Below, in pieces: positions 34,474-47,908 of a DNA stretch of 64,000 nt (the first letter of the stretch is position 1; each line of letters opens with the position of its first letter). The stretch is from Lama guanicoe (Eukaryota). The position numbers were made by a program, and so were the translations under genes. The DNA lies in the NCBI GenBank assembly GCA_013239625.1, contig MU053588.1, positions 1,932,508-1,996,507 on the forward strand. Reading direction: 5' to 3'. The notes beneath the pieces are model-generated. The model searched no databases, had not been told where the DNA came from, and saw only the letters and a list, made by a program, of their open reading frames with translations.

Positions 34474-36504
34474 CTGCAGGGAGAGCGACCATCAGCATCA
34501 AGAATCCCTGCTCCCCAGTGACACAGTGGGCCCCCGACACACACGCTGTGCACACACATGCTCACACACGCTCACACGTGTAAGCGGTCCAGCGGAAAGG
34601 AGCCCCCTGCTCAGTGGGACCTGGGTCACAGATTACAACACAGTTAATCTAATCCTGATCATTAAGGTTCTATTCCAACTTAACCATGGCCCGGGCTTAT
34701 CTGTAGTGTCTTTAATGACCGTATTCAAATTGGTAACAATTTGTGGATCTGTGGTACGTATTTTAAACATGCATATGCATGTAAGGTGTGTGTGTGTGTG
34801 TGTGTGTAAGCTATGTAGGAAATTGTACGGGAAATGATCTGTTTTTTCCAATAAATGGCATGAACAAAGAGAGGGGTGGATAGAAGGAGAGACATATGAT
34901 AAAGCAAGTATAGTAAAACAGATAGTAGAATCTAGGTAGTTAAGTATTGGGTATTCACTGTCAACTTTCTTTCAACTTTTCTGTGTATTTGAAATTGTTC
35001 ACAATAATATGATGGAGAAAAAAGAAATGGGACTATTACAAAATAAAAATGATTAAAGAGAAATCAACCCAAAGCAGTGTGGATTTGGTCTGGCTCCACA
35101 TTTGAGTAAACTGAAAAAATACATTTTTTAGACAATTGGGAAAATTTGAACCTAGGCTGGGCTTTAGATGATGTTAAGGAATTAGTGTTATTTTTCTTAT
35201 TTGGTAATAACAGCACTGTAGTAGTGTTTCTTAAAAGTCCTATCTGTTGGAGATGTTTATTAAAGTATTTGTGGGAAAACTCACATGTCTAGAATTTCCT
35301 TTAAAATATTTCTGCAAAATAAAAAAAGAAAGGGCCAGTGGAGGGGATAGAGGAATGAGAATCGCAAAATACCCATAGTAGTTGAAGCTGGTGCTGGGCG
35401 TATGGGTTTACATCCCATCCCAGGCCTCCCTCTCCCTGAAGTCTCATAACCCAGTCTTCTAGAACTTCCAAGGGGTCCAAGGGCAAAACCAGTTTTAAGG
35501 AAATAAGAGACTCTTAATTTCTACAGAGGTCACAGAATGCAGCAATTAACAGTACAGATTTAGGAGCCAACCTGCCTTGGCTCAAATCGTGCTGCCCTGC
35601 TGTGTAATCCCAGGCAAGTTACTTAATATTTCTGTGGTTCCATTTCCTCGTTTTGTAAAATAGGAAGAAGAACAATCCCACCTCACCAGGTGGTGGTGAG
35701 GATGAAATGAGAACTGTAAACTTTAACTGAGACAGGACCTGTCCAGCAGGAAGTGTGCCACACAAGTGCTAGCTCTAATCATGCGTGTCCTTCCTGAAAC
35801 CAGCGGCCTGAGAATTATTCACCTGGGTGGCGCATCTCCTTTCCCACCGTCCCTTCTGCAAACTCGCTTCTCCCACTTTACAGAAGAGAACCGTGCAGTC
35901 CCCACCCATCCTGAATCTTCACACGGTGTGCTGCCATGGGAATGTGAAACCTCTGGGGCCATGAAGGGACAATTTCAAATATTGCTGTAAGTCAGAGACA
36001 ATGGATGACAAATCAATACTGGTAGTTCCAACTCTGCTCCGGACAAAACAGAAGGAGGGCCCCATAGAATCGGCTGCTCAGAGGTCATAAAAAGTAAGTT
36101 TTATGGTGACTCTCAGTGTGACCGACTTCCCTACAACTCAAAAGGAGTTCAGAGGATGGAGTGACGTTGCCCTATCAGAACTCCTGCCACTTCCACCCGC
36201 TTCCTAGTATCTTACCTACAAAAACGAAAAATAGGATTGATGCTGAACCCTGTCTCCTTCTAACAACAGACGTGAACGACTGGGGAGAAAGCCCCACCCA
36301 TCTCATTAAGAGCTGCCTTTCCGTTACATTCTGTTTTTTATCCTTAATATTTTTATCAGTTGTGTACTAATGATACTTGCAATGATAACTCACACCATCC
36401 TTTTTTTTTTTAACACTTAGAGTCTATGGTCTCAGGTGTTTCTAAAAATTAGTAAATGTTGCTCACTCATGTATATATTTATGGCAGAGAAGTATGATGG
36501 GGAT

Positions 36505-36962
36505 TGTGACAGACTGACGATGGCCATCCCTTACTCTGGGTTTGGCTGCGGTACTGGCTTTGGCCAATGGGACGTTAGCAAATGTGACACCAAGCCAAGG
36601 CCTGGAGTGTGCTTGCCCTGCTCACCCACTGGACGCTGCCCGCTCTTGCTGCTCTTTGGAACCTCCAGACCACTGTGCTAGCCGGATGGAAAATGAGGCC
36701 CGGCAGAACAGAGAATGAGGTCCTCCCAACCGACCAGCCTAACAACTGCCAGATGTGACTCAGGCCACTGTAGGCCATCCAGCCCCGACGGAGCCACCAG
36801 CAGCCTGCAGACAGTGCACACTAGCCCAGACTAGGAGAACAGCTCAGCGGCCCACAGCATCACGAGAAATAATGAATACTTGTTGTGTTAATCCACCAAA
36901 TTTGGGGGATGTTTCCATCTCCAAATAAATTTGATGTTACCCAGCAAAAACTAACTGATGCA
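36505..36962 (+). mobile_element. Old MaLR LTR remnant
   Basis: GCTTTGGCCAATGGGACGTTAGCAAATGTGAC and ...AACTAACTGATGCA end; boundaries approximate. Confidence 0.55.
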
Positions 36963-37913
36963 GTGATCAAAACTGAGGCTTTCAATGTAGGTAGATAATT
37001 ACATCAGGTTAAATTCTGCTAGAACTGGAAACCCTTAGGATGTCAGTTCAGGAGAGCAAGGTTTTGTTTGCTTGTTTGTTTTTCTTATTTTCTTTCCCAC
37101 TGTATCCCCAGCACCTGGAATACAGCAGGTATTCAACAAATATTTGTTGAATGAATGAATGAATATATGTTGAAGGAGAAAGAGGAATGATGTGACATTC
37201 ATGGATTTATCATGTATTTTTCTATGTGTGCCATTGTGTGGTGTCTACCTGTTCAACACAGTTAAAAGAGTGACATAAGTCAAGGAAGAATTTCATTTTA
37301 AAATGTCAATGTTATGTTGATAATTGTGGAAACTAGGTGATGGATATGAGGGTTTATTAACCTGTTCTCTCTCCTTTTGAGTATGTTAAAATTTTTTCCA
37401 TAATAAAAAGATTTTTAAAAGTTAAAAGTTACTATTTGCTAGAAATTACATCTTTTGCAATTATTTAGGATAAAAAACTAGAGATGTATGGTTCCACTTA
37501 CACGAAGTTCAAAAACTTTAGTGTGCTGGGAAGGGGCATGAAGGGGCTTCCGAGGGGGTGGGGGACCTAGGCCAGATGGGGTCCAAGGAGAACTGGAAAG
37601 GGGACCAGTCTCCTTCTAAGGGCAGCACTGTTGTTCATCTCTGAATGACAGCTGCCAAATGGGAATCAGACTTGAGGCCACCAGATGTATTCAGTCATCT
37701 TAACAAATATTTACTGCATCTGCGACTTCCTAGCTGTCAGGATCCCAGGCAGGTAATAGCCTTTCTGAGCCTCTGTTTCCTCATCTGTTAAATGGATATA
37801 ACCACAGCCCCTACTTCATGGGGCTGTTACGAGAATTAAATGAGTTAATGATATATATACGTTAATGAATATACACAAGGCTAGGCCCCCCAGTTGTCAC
37901 ACCCGGTACTCAC

Positions 37914-38481
37914 GGCAAAATTCCTCACTCCTCCAGGAGTGCACAGTGGCGCCAGCGGCCTGGCATGCAGCAGCATAGGAGGCCAGTGCATCACACAGTG
38001 GTCCAGACTGGCCTGGCAGCAGGCAGAGGTCATAGACACAGTCGCGCAGAACACCCTGTGGGTCCAGCGTGTCGTGGCACTCCCGGAAGGGCCCATCGGG
38101 GTCAGCAAGGATCCCACACTCCTTCTTGCTCTGAAGCTGCTGGGCCATCAGGGAGTCCAGTTGGGAACAGTCACCTGGCTGGGCCGCTCCACAGCCCGGC
38201 CTCGTCTCCTCCTGCCAGCTATTCCCAAAGGCCAGTGCATTGGCAGCTTGGCCTCCATTTCGCAGAGCCAGGTCATCAGCTGGGTCCTCATTGAAGTTCC
38301 CACAGAGCCCACACAGGGCCCCAGAGTAGCTGCCAGGCACCTTGACCGTCACATGGGCATCCCAGTTGTAGGTGACAGTCAGGCCAAAGTCCGTACGCAC
38401 GACAGCATCTTGGCCCTGGCGGAACACCTGCACCTGCCCATCTGCTGCCTGGAAGGGCAGGTACTGAAGGACGCCGTCCAC
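37914..38481 (-). CDS. FCGBP: FCGBP coding exon 6, VWD2 C-half + C8
   Basis: 568 nt, phase 0 to 1; CGLCGNFN; C|GTGAGT donor. Confidence 0.95.
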
Positions 38482-38534
38482 CTGGGTAGAGATGCGAGAG
38501 GGCCAAGGGGTCAGGGTATTCATGGCTTTGTGGC

Positions 38535-39862
38535 CCACTCCTCCCTCACTCAGCTCCAGCTATTCTGGGCTCCTTGCTATTCTCTTGAACACATTATGTT
38601 TGATCCCACCTCAGGGCCTTTGCACTGGCTGTTCCCTCTGCCTGGCACACCATCCACCTCTGTTTATCCTTTGAGTATCAGCTTAAATCCAAATCCCTAA
38701 CCCATGGCCTTCAAAGCATATAGGATCTGTCCCCTCATTACCTCCCTGACCTCACCTCCCACTGTTCCCCTCATTCTGCTCCAGCCACGTTGGCTTTCCT
38801 GATAGTGCTCTAACTCTCCCAGTTTAGTCTAACTATAGGGCCTTTCACTTTGCCAAGAACACTGCCTACAACTTTCCTCCTGGATGCTTCCCCTTCATCC
38901 TCCAGGACTTGGCTTAAATCCAAGCCCCTTTCCTAGAAGGTCCTGCTTAACCTTGGCTCTGTCTGCATTTGTGCCTGTGCCACCTCCCACATCACTCACT
39001 CAGGTTCCTTGCTATCTCCCAGGACATATCAAGTGCACTCTCACCTCTGGGCATTCGCACTTGCCGTGACCTCTTCCTGGAATACAACCCATTACTCTTT
39101 CCTTGGCCACCTCTACTTCATCTTTTAGGTGTCAGCTTTGATCCAAACCCCTTACAATGGCCTAAAAGGCCATACACGATCCGAGCCTCACTGCTCTCCA
39201 GTTGAATTCTCCTGGACTGCCTCATTCCCTACCCTTGCATCTCCAGCCATGCAGGTATTTTGATATTCTCTTGAACTCACCAGGCTCAGCCCTGCCTCAG
39301 GGCCTTTGCACTTTTTGTACCCTCTGCTTGCAACTTTCTTACCCCCTTCCACATCTTTATTCTTTATCTGGCTGCCTCCCCATCACCCTTCAAGTTTCAG
39401 TTTAAAATCAATTCCCTCTACCCATCAGGCCCTGTCCTCACTTTTCTGACCTCATCTCCTACCAACCTCTTTGCCCCATCTCCCCAGCCTCACTGTCTCA
39501 GGTGCAGCCTCCTTGGCCCCATGCTTTTCTTCTACACTCTTCAAGCCCAGCACAGCATCAGTCTTTGCACCTGTTGCTCCCTCTGCCTAGGTGGACTACT
39601 AAGCAGGATCACCCTTCACTGGTGGTGTCTTCCTCATCTTTCAGGTTTCAGCTTAAATCAAAAGCCTCTAACATAGCCATCCCATACATCATCCTCTGCC
39701 TCGCTCTCCCCTCCTTCCTTCCATTCCAGCCCCACTGGCCTCCATGTTGTTCCTCTACCCCTCATGCTTATTCCTGCCTTAAAGCCTTTGCATTTACTGT
39801 TCCTTCTGTCTGGAATACTCTTCCATCCACTTCTCTCCCTGCTTGTTCCATCTCTTTCTTCA
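38535..39862 (+). repeat. Tandem array of ~6 diverged ~240-bp L2-derived units
   Basis: GGGCCTTTGCAC-like motif at ~38614, 38838, 39049, 39300, 39560, 39782; CAGCTTAAATC-like motif at 38679, 38911, 39133, 39398, 39649. Confidence 0.7.
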
Positions 39863-39865
39863 AGA

Positions 39866-40050
39866 GAGGCAGCCGAATGTAGAGGTTAAGAGTAAGGATT
39901 CTGGAGCTAGATAGCCTGGCTTCAAATCCTGGTTCTGCCACTCATTAGCTGTGTGACCTTGAATAGGTGACTTACCTTCTCTGTGCCTCAGTTTTCTCCT
40001 CTAATAAGATTAGTTATTTCACAGGGTTGTTACAGAGATTGAATGATGTG
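39866..40050 (+). mobile_element. MIR SINE
   Basis: GGTTAAGAGT...TTCAAATCCTGGTTCTGCCACT...GCTGTGTGACCTTG...CTCTGTGCCTCAGTTTTCTC. Confidence 0.8.
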
Positions 40051-40515
40051 GGCCCATCTATGAGCCACCCATCCCCATCACACACTCTATATCCCACAGA
40101 CATACCTCTAGTTTCCAACTTTTCACATGTCATCCTACTCTCTGAAATGCAATCACTCTCCAGAAAATGCATAAATCTGTAACTTTGGAGGGTTCATAAC
40201 GATAAAATGTTAAAAACACTTGCTGGGTGCCAAGATTTCTTTTAAACATCCTACTAATATTAACTCACAATTGTCTGATGAAGCTGCTCCCATGGGGAGG
40301 CACTCTCTTATTACCCTATTTGACAGAGGACAGAACGAGGCACTGAGATACAGAGCCAGGTGTCCAGAGAGAGAGCACCATCCGGCTTGGGGGCCTCAGC
40401 CTATCCACTGGCCATAAGGTCTTCTAACAGATCCCCACCTGCCCCAGGGGCCAGATCCCTAGTCTTTAAGGGGGGTTCCCCACCCCTCCACCCGCCCCGG
40501 TTGCCCCCTGCTCAC

Positions 40516-41120
40516 CAGCACTCGCCCGCGGTACTCCCGGCGCACCTCCACCTTCACACCAAGGGCCTCCACGCGCACGGCGCGCGTGTAGCTCACGGTC
40601 TGGCTGCCCCGATGCTCGTTTTCCACCAGCACCCGGAAGGTGGGCAGTTCGGCGACCTGGCCGCATGAGCCGGCCAGCAGGTACGTGCAGGTGCCCATGA
40701 AATCGAAGCGCCGGCCGTCGAAGCTCACGTAGTGCGGGTCCCCAGATGCCTGGCAGCTCCCAAAGCGGTCGGGGTAGCAGCCCTGGAGGCCGTTCTGGAC
40801 GCGGCAGCGCTCGCCCGTCGGGCAGCCCTGCGTGTCGCTGCAGATCATCTGCTGGGTGGCGGCGTCGCAGGTGCAGCGCTGTCGGCAATACGTGTCGCCC
40901 CACACTGTCTGGCCGGGCGCGAGCAGGCGGTCCTGGAAGATGCAGCCGCAGGATGAGGCCGCCACGCAGGCGCCACCGCTGGCCACGAAGCCCGGGAGGC
41001 ACACGCAGCCCTCGACGCATGGGCGCGCAGAGCAGTTGGATGGCGCCGCCGAGGGGTTGCAGGAGGTCGGGCAGGCGGGGGCGCAGAGCTCGTAGCGGCT
41101 GTTGGCTGGGCAGGACAGGG
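40516..41120 (-). CDS. FCGBP: FCGBP coding exon 5, TIL + VWD2 N-half (SGDPH)
   Basis: 605 nt, phase 1 to 0; CAG|CCCTGTCCTGC acceptor, CTG|GTGAGC donor. Confidence 0.95.
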
Positions 41121-43168
41121 CTGTGGGGACACGGGAGGGCGGGGCAGGTCAGCACAGCCATTCCTCCAGGGGACACTCAGTTGGGAACGTGCCTGGACTT
41201 CCCTTCCCAAAGCCCCCTCCTCCCTCAGAGCTCCCATCTCAGTTAAAGGCACTTCCAGCCTTCCAGACAGTGCATAGGCCCCAAACCTCAGTTTGTTGAC
41301 TGAGTAAGTTGACTCCCTTACCCTCACTGACTGGACAACCAGCCTGTCTGTAAATCCTGTGAGCTCCACATTCAAGATCTCTCCAGAATCTGCCCCCTTC
41401 TCCTTTCACCACAGTCCCCAACCTAGTCCTATTCACCGTGGCAGCCTCCTGTCTGGTCTCCCTCCTGCTCTCACCCCCTCTCCCATCCTATTCCTCACTT
41501 GCAGCCAGAGGGATCCTGTGAGTCAGGGGACACCCTTCTCCTGCTGAGAGCTCTTTTCTGGCTCTGGCTTGCTCCGGGTAAAACCCGAAGTCCTCCTGTT
41601 GGTCCATGAGGCTTCCCATGAGCCAGACCTGCCCTCATCACCCCCTCTGTCCTCATCTTTTCTCCCAATGGCTCACTCTGTCCCTCTTCTCTGGTCCTCA
41701 CACTCCTGCCTCAGGGCCTTTGCAGTCGCTGTTCCCTCTGCCCATACTGGCCTTTCCTCAGAAGGCAGTGTAATACATGGTCAAGAGAAGGTTACTGGAA
41801 CCCAGATGGGCTGGGTTCAAATCCCAGCTCTCCTCTTCTTAGCTGTGTGATTGTGAGCAAGTGACTCCAGTCTCCCTGTGCCTTGGTTTCCCCATCAGTA
41901 AAATGGCATAATAATAGTCCTGATATGATCAGGGGTTCATCTATGTAGAGACACTCCATGAGCAGCATTATGACTTAGCTGATTCCACTGCCTCATCCTG
42001 GTCTCTGCTCCAATAGCACTTCTTCAGAAGGGCCTTCCCTGAGCCATCGCTTCGTGAGCCTCCCGTTTGCTCTTATCACACGAACTCTGTTTCTTTTGCT
42101 CTCTGAAGCTATCTCATATTTTACTGCTTACTGTCTGTCTTCCCCACTAGGATTATAAATTCTGTGAGAGTAGGAACCTGATCTGTCTCAAACACGGCTG
42201 AATCTCCAGCACCAAGGACAGGGCTTGGGTCACAGAAGATGCCCAATAAACACCACGGAAATTACTCGGTTGATAGACGAAGGTACTGTTTCCTCTTTTG
42301 CACCAGGCACTGGGGAACTCAGTGGTGAGGAGATGGGCGGGGAGAGTTTTACTGAGCAGTGAGGACACATCAATGACATAGGCACTGGTCAGTGTCTCAC
42401 CTAGACTTACCCCTCTCTGGAGTCCCTGTCTCAAGCCCTGGGCCTGGGCCTGGAAGCTTCCTCCTCTTTTCTGCCTTAGCTTTTCTGCCTCTTGAACATT
42501 TCTCTGGGAGCCTCAAAAAGGCAGGGACAGGTGCATGTTGACCCCCATTGTGCCCATCATCAGCACAGGGATGGGGCCAGATAGGGGCTCAAGGGATGCA
42601 TGTTGAATGAATACATGAGTGAATGAATGATTCAGTGAATGGATACCTGGCTGTGAGCTTGGACTTTATCCAGAAGACACTGGGGAGTCATGGAAGGGTT
42701 ATAAATGAAGAGATGTTCACATGTCTGCTTTGGGACTCTGAAGACTACATCTCATGCCAAGCCTTTGCACATGCCCTTCTCTCAGTTTGGAACCCACTTC
42801 CTGCCTACACCCCCTTTTTTCTGTCTAGTTCCAGTCCTCCTACGGGCTTCAGATGGGGCATCCCTTTCTCTAGGAGATCCTCCTTGACCCCCTAAGGCTG
42901 AGTCAGGAAGCTTCTCTGGTCTCCCATACCCCCCTTGAACATCCCCCATCCCAGCCCTGACTACTCCGGACTGTCACTGTCTAGTGATACATCTGCCCCA
43001 ACTTTAGGCTCACTAAGGGCAGGGCCTGGCCATCTTGGCCATAGCTGTGTGCCTGGCATGGTCCAGCTCCAGGAGGGACCAGAGTCAATGCTCAGATATT
43101 GAGCAGATGCAAGTGGTCTCCTGCCTCCCATCATGTGCCCCCAGCCCCCTAACCAGGACATCACTCAC

Positions 43169-43739
43169 GGCAGTTGGCTGACAACCTCCAGTTCCCAACA
43201 GAGATGCCAAGCTCCAGACAGGCCTGGGCATAAACGCCGAGGCCACGGCACAGGCTGGCCCGGTCCCCGTTGACCACACACAGGTCATACACACAATCCT
43301 TCAGGAAGGGCTCAGGGTCCAGGGCATCATGGCAGACGGCAAAGGGGCCGTCGAGCTGGGTCAGCATGCCACAGACATGGCTGCCCTCGTAGTTCTGGGC
43401 CTGGCCGGGGGTGCAGGAGGGACAGTTGTCCTGGCAGCCGTCCTCACAAAGGTAGTCCTCGTCGTCCAGCTTCCAGCTACTGGCAAACTCCACAACATCA
43501 GCAACCTGCTCACAGTCAGGTGTAAGGAAGTCATCAGTGGGGTCGCCATTATAGTTGCCACACAGTCCGCACACCTGGTCTTGGAAGCGGACAGGTAGGG
43601 TCAGTGCCAGCTGGGCATCCCAGTCATAGGTGACCACCAGCCCGAAGTCCAGCTCCACCATGGCCTGGATCCCGCTCTGGTACACACGCAGGCGGCCCTT
43701 GGCCAGGGAGGCAGGCAGGCGTGAGCGCTGGTTGTCGAT
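43169..43739 (-). CDS. FCGBP: FCGBP coding exon 4, VWD1 C-half + C8
   Basis: 571 nt, phase 0 to 1; IDNQRSRLP...CGLCGNYNG; C|GTGAGT donor. Confidence 0.95.
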
Positions 43740-46700
43740 CTGCAGAGGGAGTGAGGAGGGAATGGTCAGATTCCTGTGGGGTCTGGCCCTCAGCCCCTCA
43801 TCTCCCCCTCACTTCCCTTGCTCTAGCTGCATGGGGATTCCTTTCTCTTGTTATTGCCACCGACCGAGCCTCAGGATATTTGCTCTTGCCTTCCCTGTGG
43901 CCTGAAACATTCTTCCCCTAGATGGACACACAGCTCATTTCCTTACCTCTTACAAGAGCTTTGCTCAGATGTCACCGTCTCAGTGAGGCCATCCTTGACC
44001 ACCCTATCTTATGCAGCAGCCCCTCCCTATTCCCTAGTCCCCTTCCCTGCTCTGTTTTTTTTCTTTATATTCTAACCTTCTAAAACGTAATTGGCAAATT
44101 CCTGATATTTATCATGTGCTTAACTCAACTAGTCAGCTCCATGAATTCAGGGATTTTTGTCTGCTTTGATCACTGCTTTGTCTCCAGTGCCTAGAACAGT
44201 GCCCGGTAGAATAGCAGGCACTCAGTAAGGGAATGAAGCCACTGCTATATTAAATAATGTTCACTGGGCACTGACTCTGGGCCTGGCCCTGGCCTGGGAG
44301 ATCCTGGAGATGCACTAATGGCCAAGACAACCCCAGACCTTATTCTCATGGGACTCCCGGTCCAATGAGGGAGACAGACCCATCACTAGATAGTGGCAGA
44401 TAAGAGTGGCCAGGGCTGGGATAGTGGAGGCACAGAAGTCTAGGGGAGCCTAGAAAAGGGGCCAGACCCAATCTTTCAGGTCAGGGGAGGCTTCCTGGAG
44501 GAAGGGACAGCTGAACTAGGCTGTAAAAGATCAGTGAGAGAGAGAGAGTCACGAAAACCAGGAGGGGGAGTGGAGAGAGAGTCCAGCTAGGAGATAAGGA
44601 GTGTGTTCTCTCTGGGCCTATTTTCCTCTTTTTGAGCATCTCTTTCTTATTCTTTCTTCACACATTCTCATCTTTGTCAAGAGGATGAGGTGTGAAAAAA
44701 GGAGTAACAAGCAGAGAGGACAGCATGAGCGATGTCGAAAGGTAAGATAGATCATTCATTCGTTCAGTTAGTCAGTCAGTCAGCAACGCCTCCAAGTGCC
44801 GTCCTGTGTGTCCAGGTCTGTGCTGGGCAATGACCAAGACAGCCTCGGCCCCACATCTAAAGGCTTTCAGTCCAGGGTCCACTGTTCAAATCCGTCTCAC
44901 CACTAAGACCAGCGATCTTCATCTTAAGTGACACAAGTAGTATTTGTTCATTACAGGAAACTTCCAAAATACACATGAGCAAAAAATGAGAAAAGAGAAA
45001 ATCACCCATATTGCTGTAGTCGCACACATACTCATATTTACAAATCCTGTCAGGTTCTTTTCCTATCTTTAAATACATTTATATTTAAAAAAAAATAATT
45101 AGACTACGCTGAAGTCACCATGTCATGAAATCCTCTTCTCTCCTAACAACATCTTGTCAACATTCTACCACAATCCTACAAGGAACTCTAAATCTTTGCA
45201 AAGTCATTGATTTCTGTAAGGATCTGGTAAAAGCAATGGACCCCCTTCCTATAAAACTGCACAGCCTATGCGAAATTTTGTATACAAGTTCAAGGGATCT
45301 GAGGTCCTCCTGAGCTCGCGCTCAAACTGTCTATATCCCAAGAACATCTCCTTAAATCACTTGGTTTTTAACCTCACAGAGCCACCTGCATTCTCACAGA
45401 ATGAAGGAGATACAAGAATATTCACTACACTACTGCTTTCCATTATGAACAAAACATCCATCCACAGGGAACTGAGCTAGGTGGATCCTGATGCATCCAT
45501 CTGACGGCAAGCCATGCAGCCACAAAAAGGAAAGAGCAGGCTCCCTCCCAGCTGTTACAGAAACAGCTCCAGAACACACTGTTCAGTGCAAGAACTCAAG
45601 TGAAGAACAGAGCACAAGTACAGTACTGTTTGATAAGAAAGGGGAGAGGTAAGAAAGTATGTTGATATTTGCTTGTATTGGCATAAAGAAACCCTAGAGG
45701 AATACTCAGAAAATCAGTACAAGTAATTACCTGTGGGAAGCAGGGAGAAAGCAGGGGAAGACAGGTGTAAAAGCAGGATCTTCCACAATATGCCTTTTTG
45801 TTTTGCACTGTGAATGCTTTACTTATTTAAAAAAACTAACTGCAGCAACATGGAAGAAACTTGAAAGTATTATGCTGAGCAAAAGAAGCCTTACACAAAA
45901 GGCTTCCTGCACTAGACTGTTCCATTACTATGAAATTCTTAAACCGGCAAAACTAATCTATGGTGGGAAAAAAATCAGAACTGTGATTGCCGTTTGGGTG
46001 GGTTGGCCATTGTTCGGGAAAGGGCATGAGGGAATTTTCCAGAGGGATGAAAATATTCTATCTTAACAGAGGTTTCATTTGAACATTTGTCAAAACTCAG
46101 TGAACTGTCCACTTAAGATCTGTGGATTTTATTATGTATAAATTTTACATCAAATGCAAGCAAAAAGAAGTATAAAAATATTATATTCTAGTTAACAGTG
46201 TGCATATTGAAGTTCTTAGGGGTAAAGTGTGCTGATGTCCAGGACTTACTTTGAAATGCATAAAAAATAAGAGGGATGGTTGAATGGACAGAAGGATGGA
46301 CAGACGACAGATGTGTGATAAACTAAAGAGAGTAAAATGTTTAGAATCTAGGTGATCAGCAAAGGAGTGTTCACTGTACAATGATTTCAGCTTTTCTGGA
46401 TGTCTGAACATGTTTATAACAACATGGTAGAAAAAAGGGGAAATGATTGCTTTTACTTATTTTGCTGTTATTATACTGCTCTTACTCATATTGGCTAAGT
46501 AGTAATGCATTTACCAGAGGCAGAAAAGCCTAGAGGTTAACACAGAGACTCAGGAGCCACCCTGCCAGTGTTCCCAGTTCCATCTCTTACGAGCCCTAAG
46601 CCTTTGGGAAGTCATTCTTCTCTCTGGACCTTAGTTTCCTCATCTAAAAGTGTTAATAGCCTACCCCCATAGATTGCTGTGAGCATTAGACGTATTAATA

Positions 46701-47096
46701 TATGGAAAGTGCTAAGAAACAAACTCAGCACATAGTAGGTGCTCACTAAATTTTTAGTGTTTGGTCACTTAAGAAACCCCTCATTGTTGGACATTTTGTT
46801 TTCTCTCTGTCTCCCCATTATAAACATATTGGCATAAACCTGTTTTTCTAACAATATCTTTGAGCATTCTTAAAATTTTTAGAAATAGAATCACTGGATA
46901 AAAGGGGATTAAGGCTCTACCATTGATTTTCAAATCCCCCCTCCCCAGGTCCCACTACCTTGGCCCGTTTCTCTGCACCCTTCACCCCATGGCAAAGGGC
47001 CTGGGTTTGGCGACTGACATCCAGGCTTTCCCTCCTCTTTCTGACTGGCGGGCGGCTCATGGATATTAAACCCTGAAGCCTCCTCTGGATCCTTAC

Positions 47097-47446
47097 CCGG
47101 GCGAAGCCAGCTTCCCCGCGGACCAGCGACACCACGTGGCTGTAGGCGCGAACGGTCACGAGGCCCACGTAAGAGACGCGGCGGCTGCCCCGGTGTTCAT
47201 TCTTGGCCTCGACGCTGAAGGCGGGCAGGGTCTGGTCGTCGCTGCACAGCTCGGCCATGGAGTACAAGCACGTGCCCATCATGTCGTAGCGGCGGCCGTC
47301 GAAGGTGGTGTAATGGGGGTCACCCAGGGCACGGCAGGTGGCCACAGAGGCCTCCACGCACCTGGCCTGCCCGTCCACCACCTGGCAGAGCTGCCTGGAG
47401 GCGCACTGCTTGCCTTCGCAGGAGGTCCTCTCCCGGGTCATCCGGG
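47097..47446 (-). CDS. FCGBP: FCGBP coding exon 3, Cys-rich linker + VWD1 N-half (LGDPH)
   Basis: 350 nt, phase 1 to 0; CCCCAG acceptor, CGG|GTAAGG donor. Confidence 0.92.
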
Positions 47447-47908
47447 CTGGGGAGGGAAGGGGGGTGCGCACAGAGAAAGAGTCAGGAGTGTCCACGCGGG
47501 TGGGAATCCTGGAGCTCTTCCGCCTGGAGAGTCTGGGCAGTTGCCTCACAACTACCCATTTCAGAAGTGGGGAAACAGGTCTGGAATCTCACAGGGAGAG
47601 AGTGGCACAGGCCTGATCTGATCTTAGGTTTTCTGGTTCCCCAGTTTAGCGCAGCTTAGCCCAGAAGGACTGGCAGGTGGTGAAGAACCACTGGCAGGAA
47701 CAATCATGGAAAGGTTAATTTGTGGGTTTTTCCTCCCATTTCCTCCTCCCTTCCCTACCTTCCTACTCAGGTCAAAAGGGTAACGGATTTTTTTTTTAAA
47801 CCTATCTTTCTAGAGCTAGGTTTATTTTTTAAAAATTAACAACTAACTTTCCTTATATGCTTTGTCAACAGACATGTGGTCTCCCTCTTCTGAGGAATCT
47901 TTTTTTAA

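Noticed and set aside
12841..47446. Alternative identity as a gel-forming mucin, zonadhesin or tectorin
   Set aside because: No PTS or ZP/MAM domain; the N-terminal IgGFc-binding domain, Trp-rich signal peptide and adjacency to FBL identify FCGBP
20847..47621. Long + strand ORFs (e.g. 34094-34837, 37894-38700, 47136-47621)
   Set aside because: Antisense shadows of GC-rich FCGBP exons, with no independent splice or domain evidence
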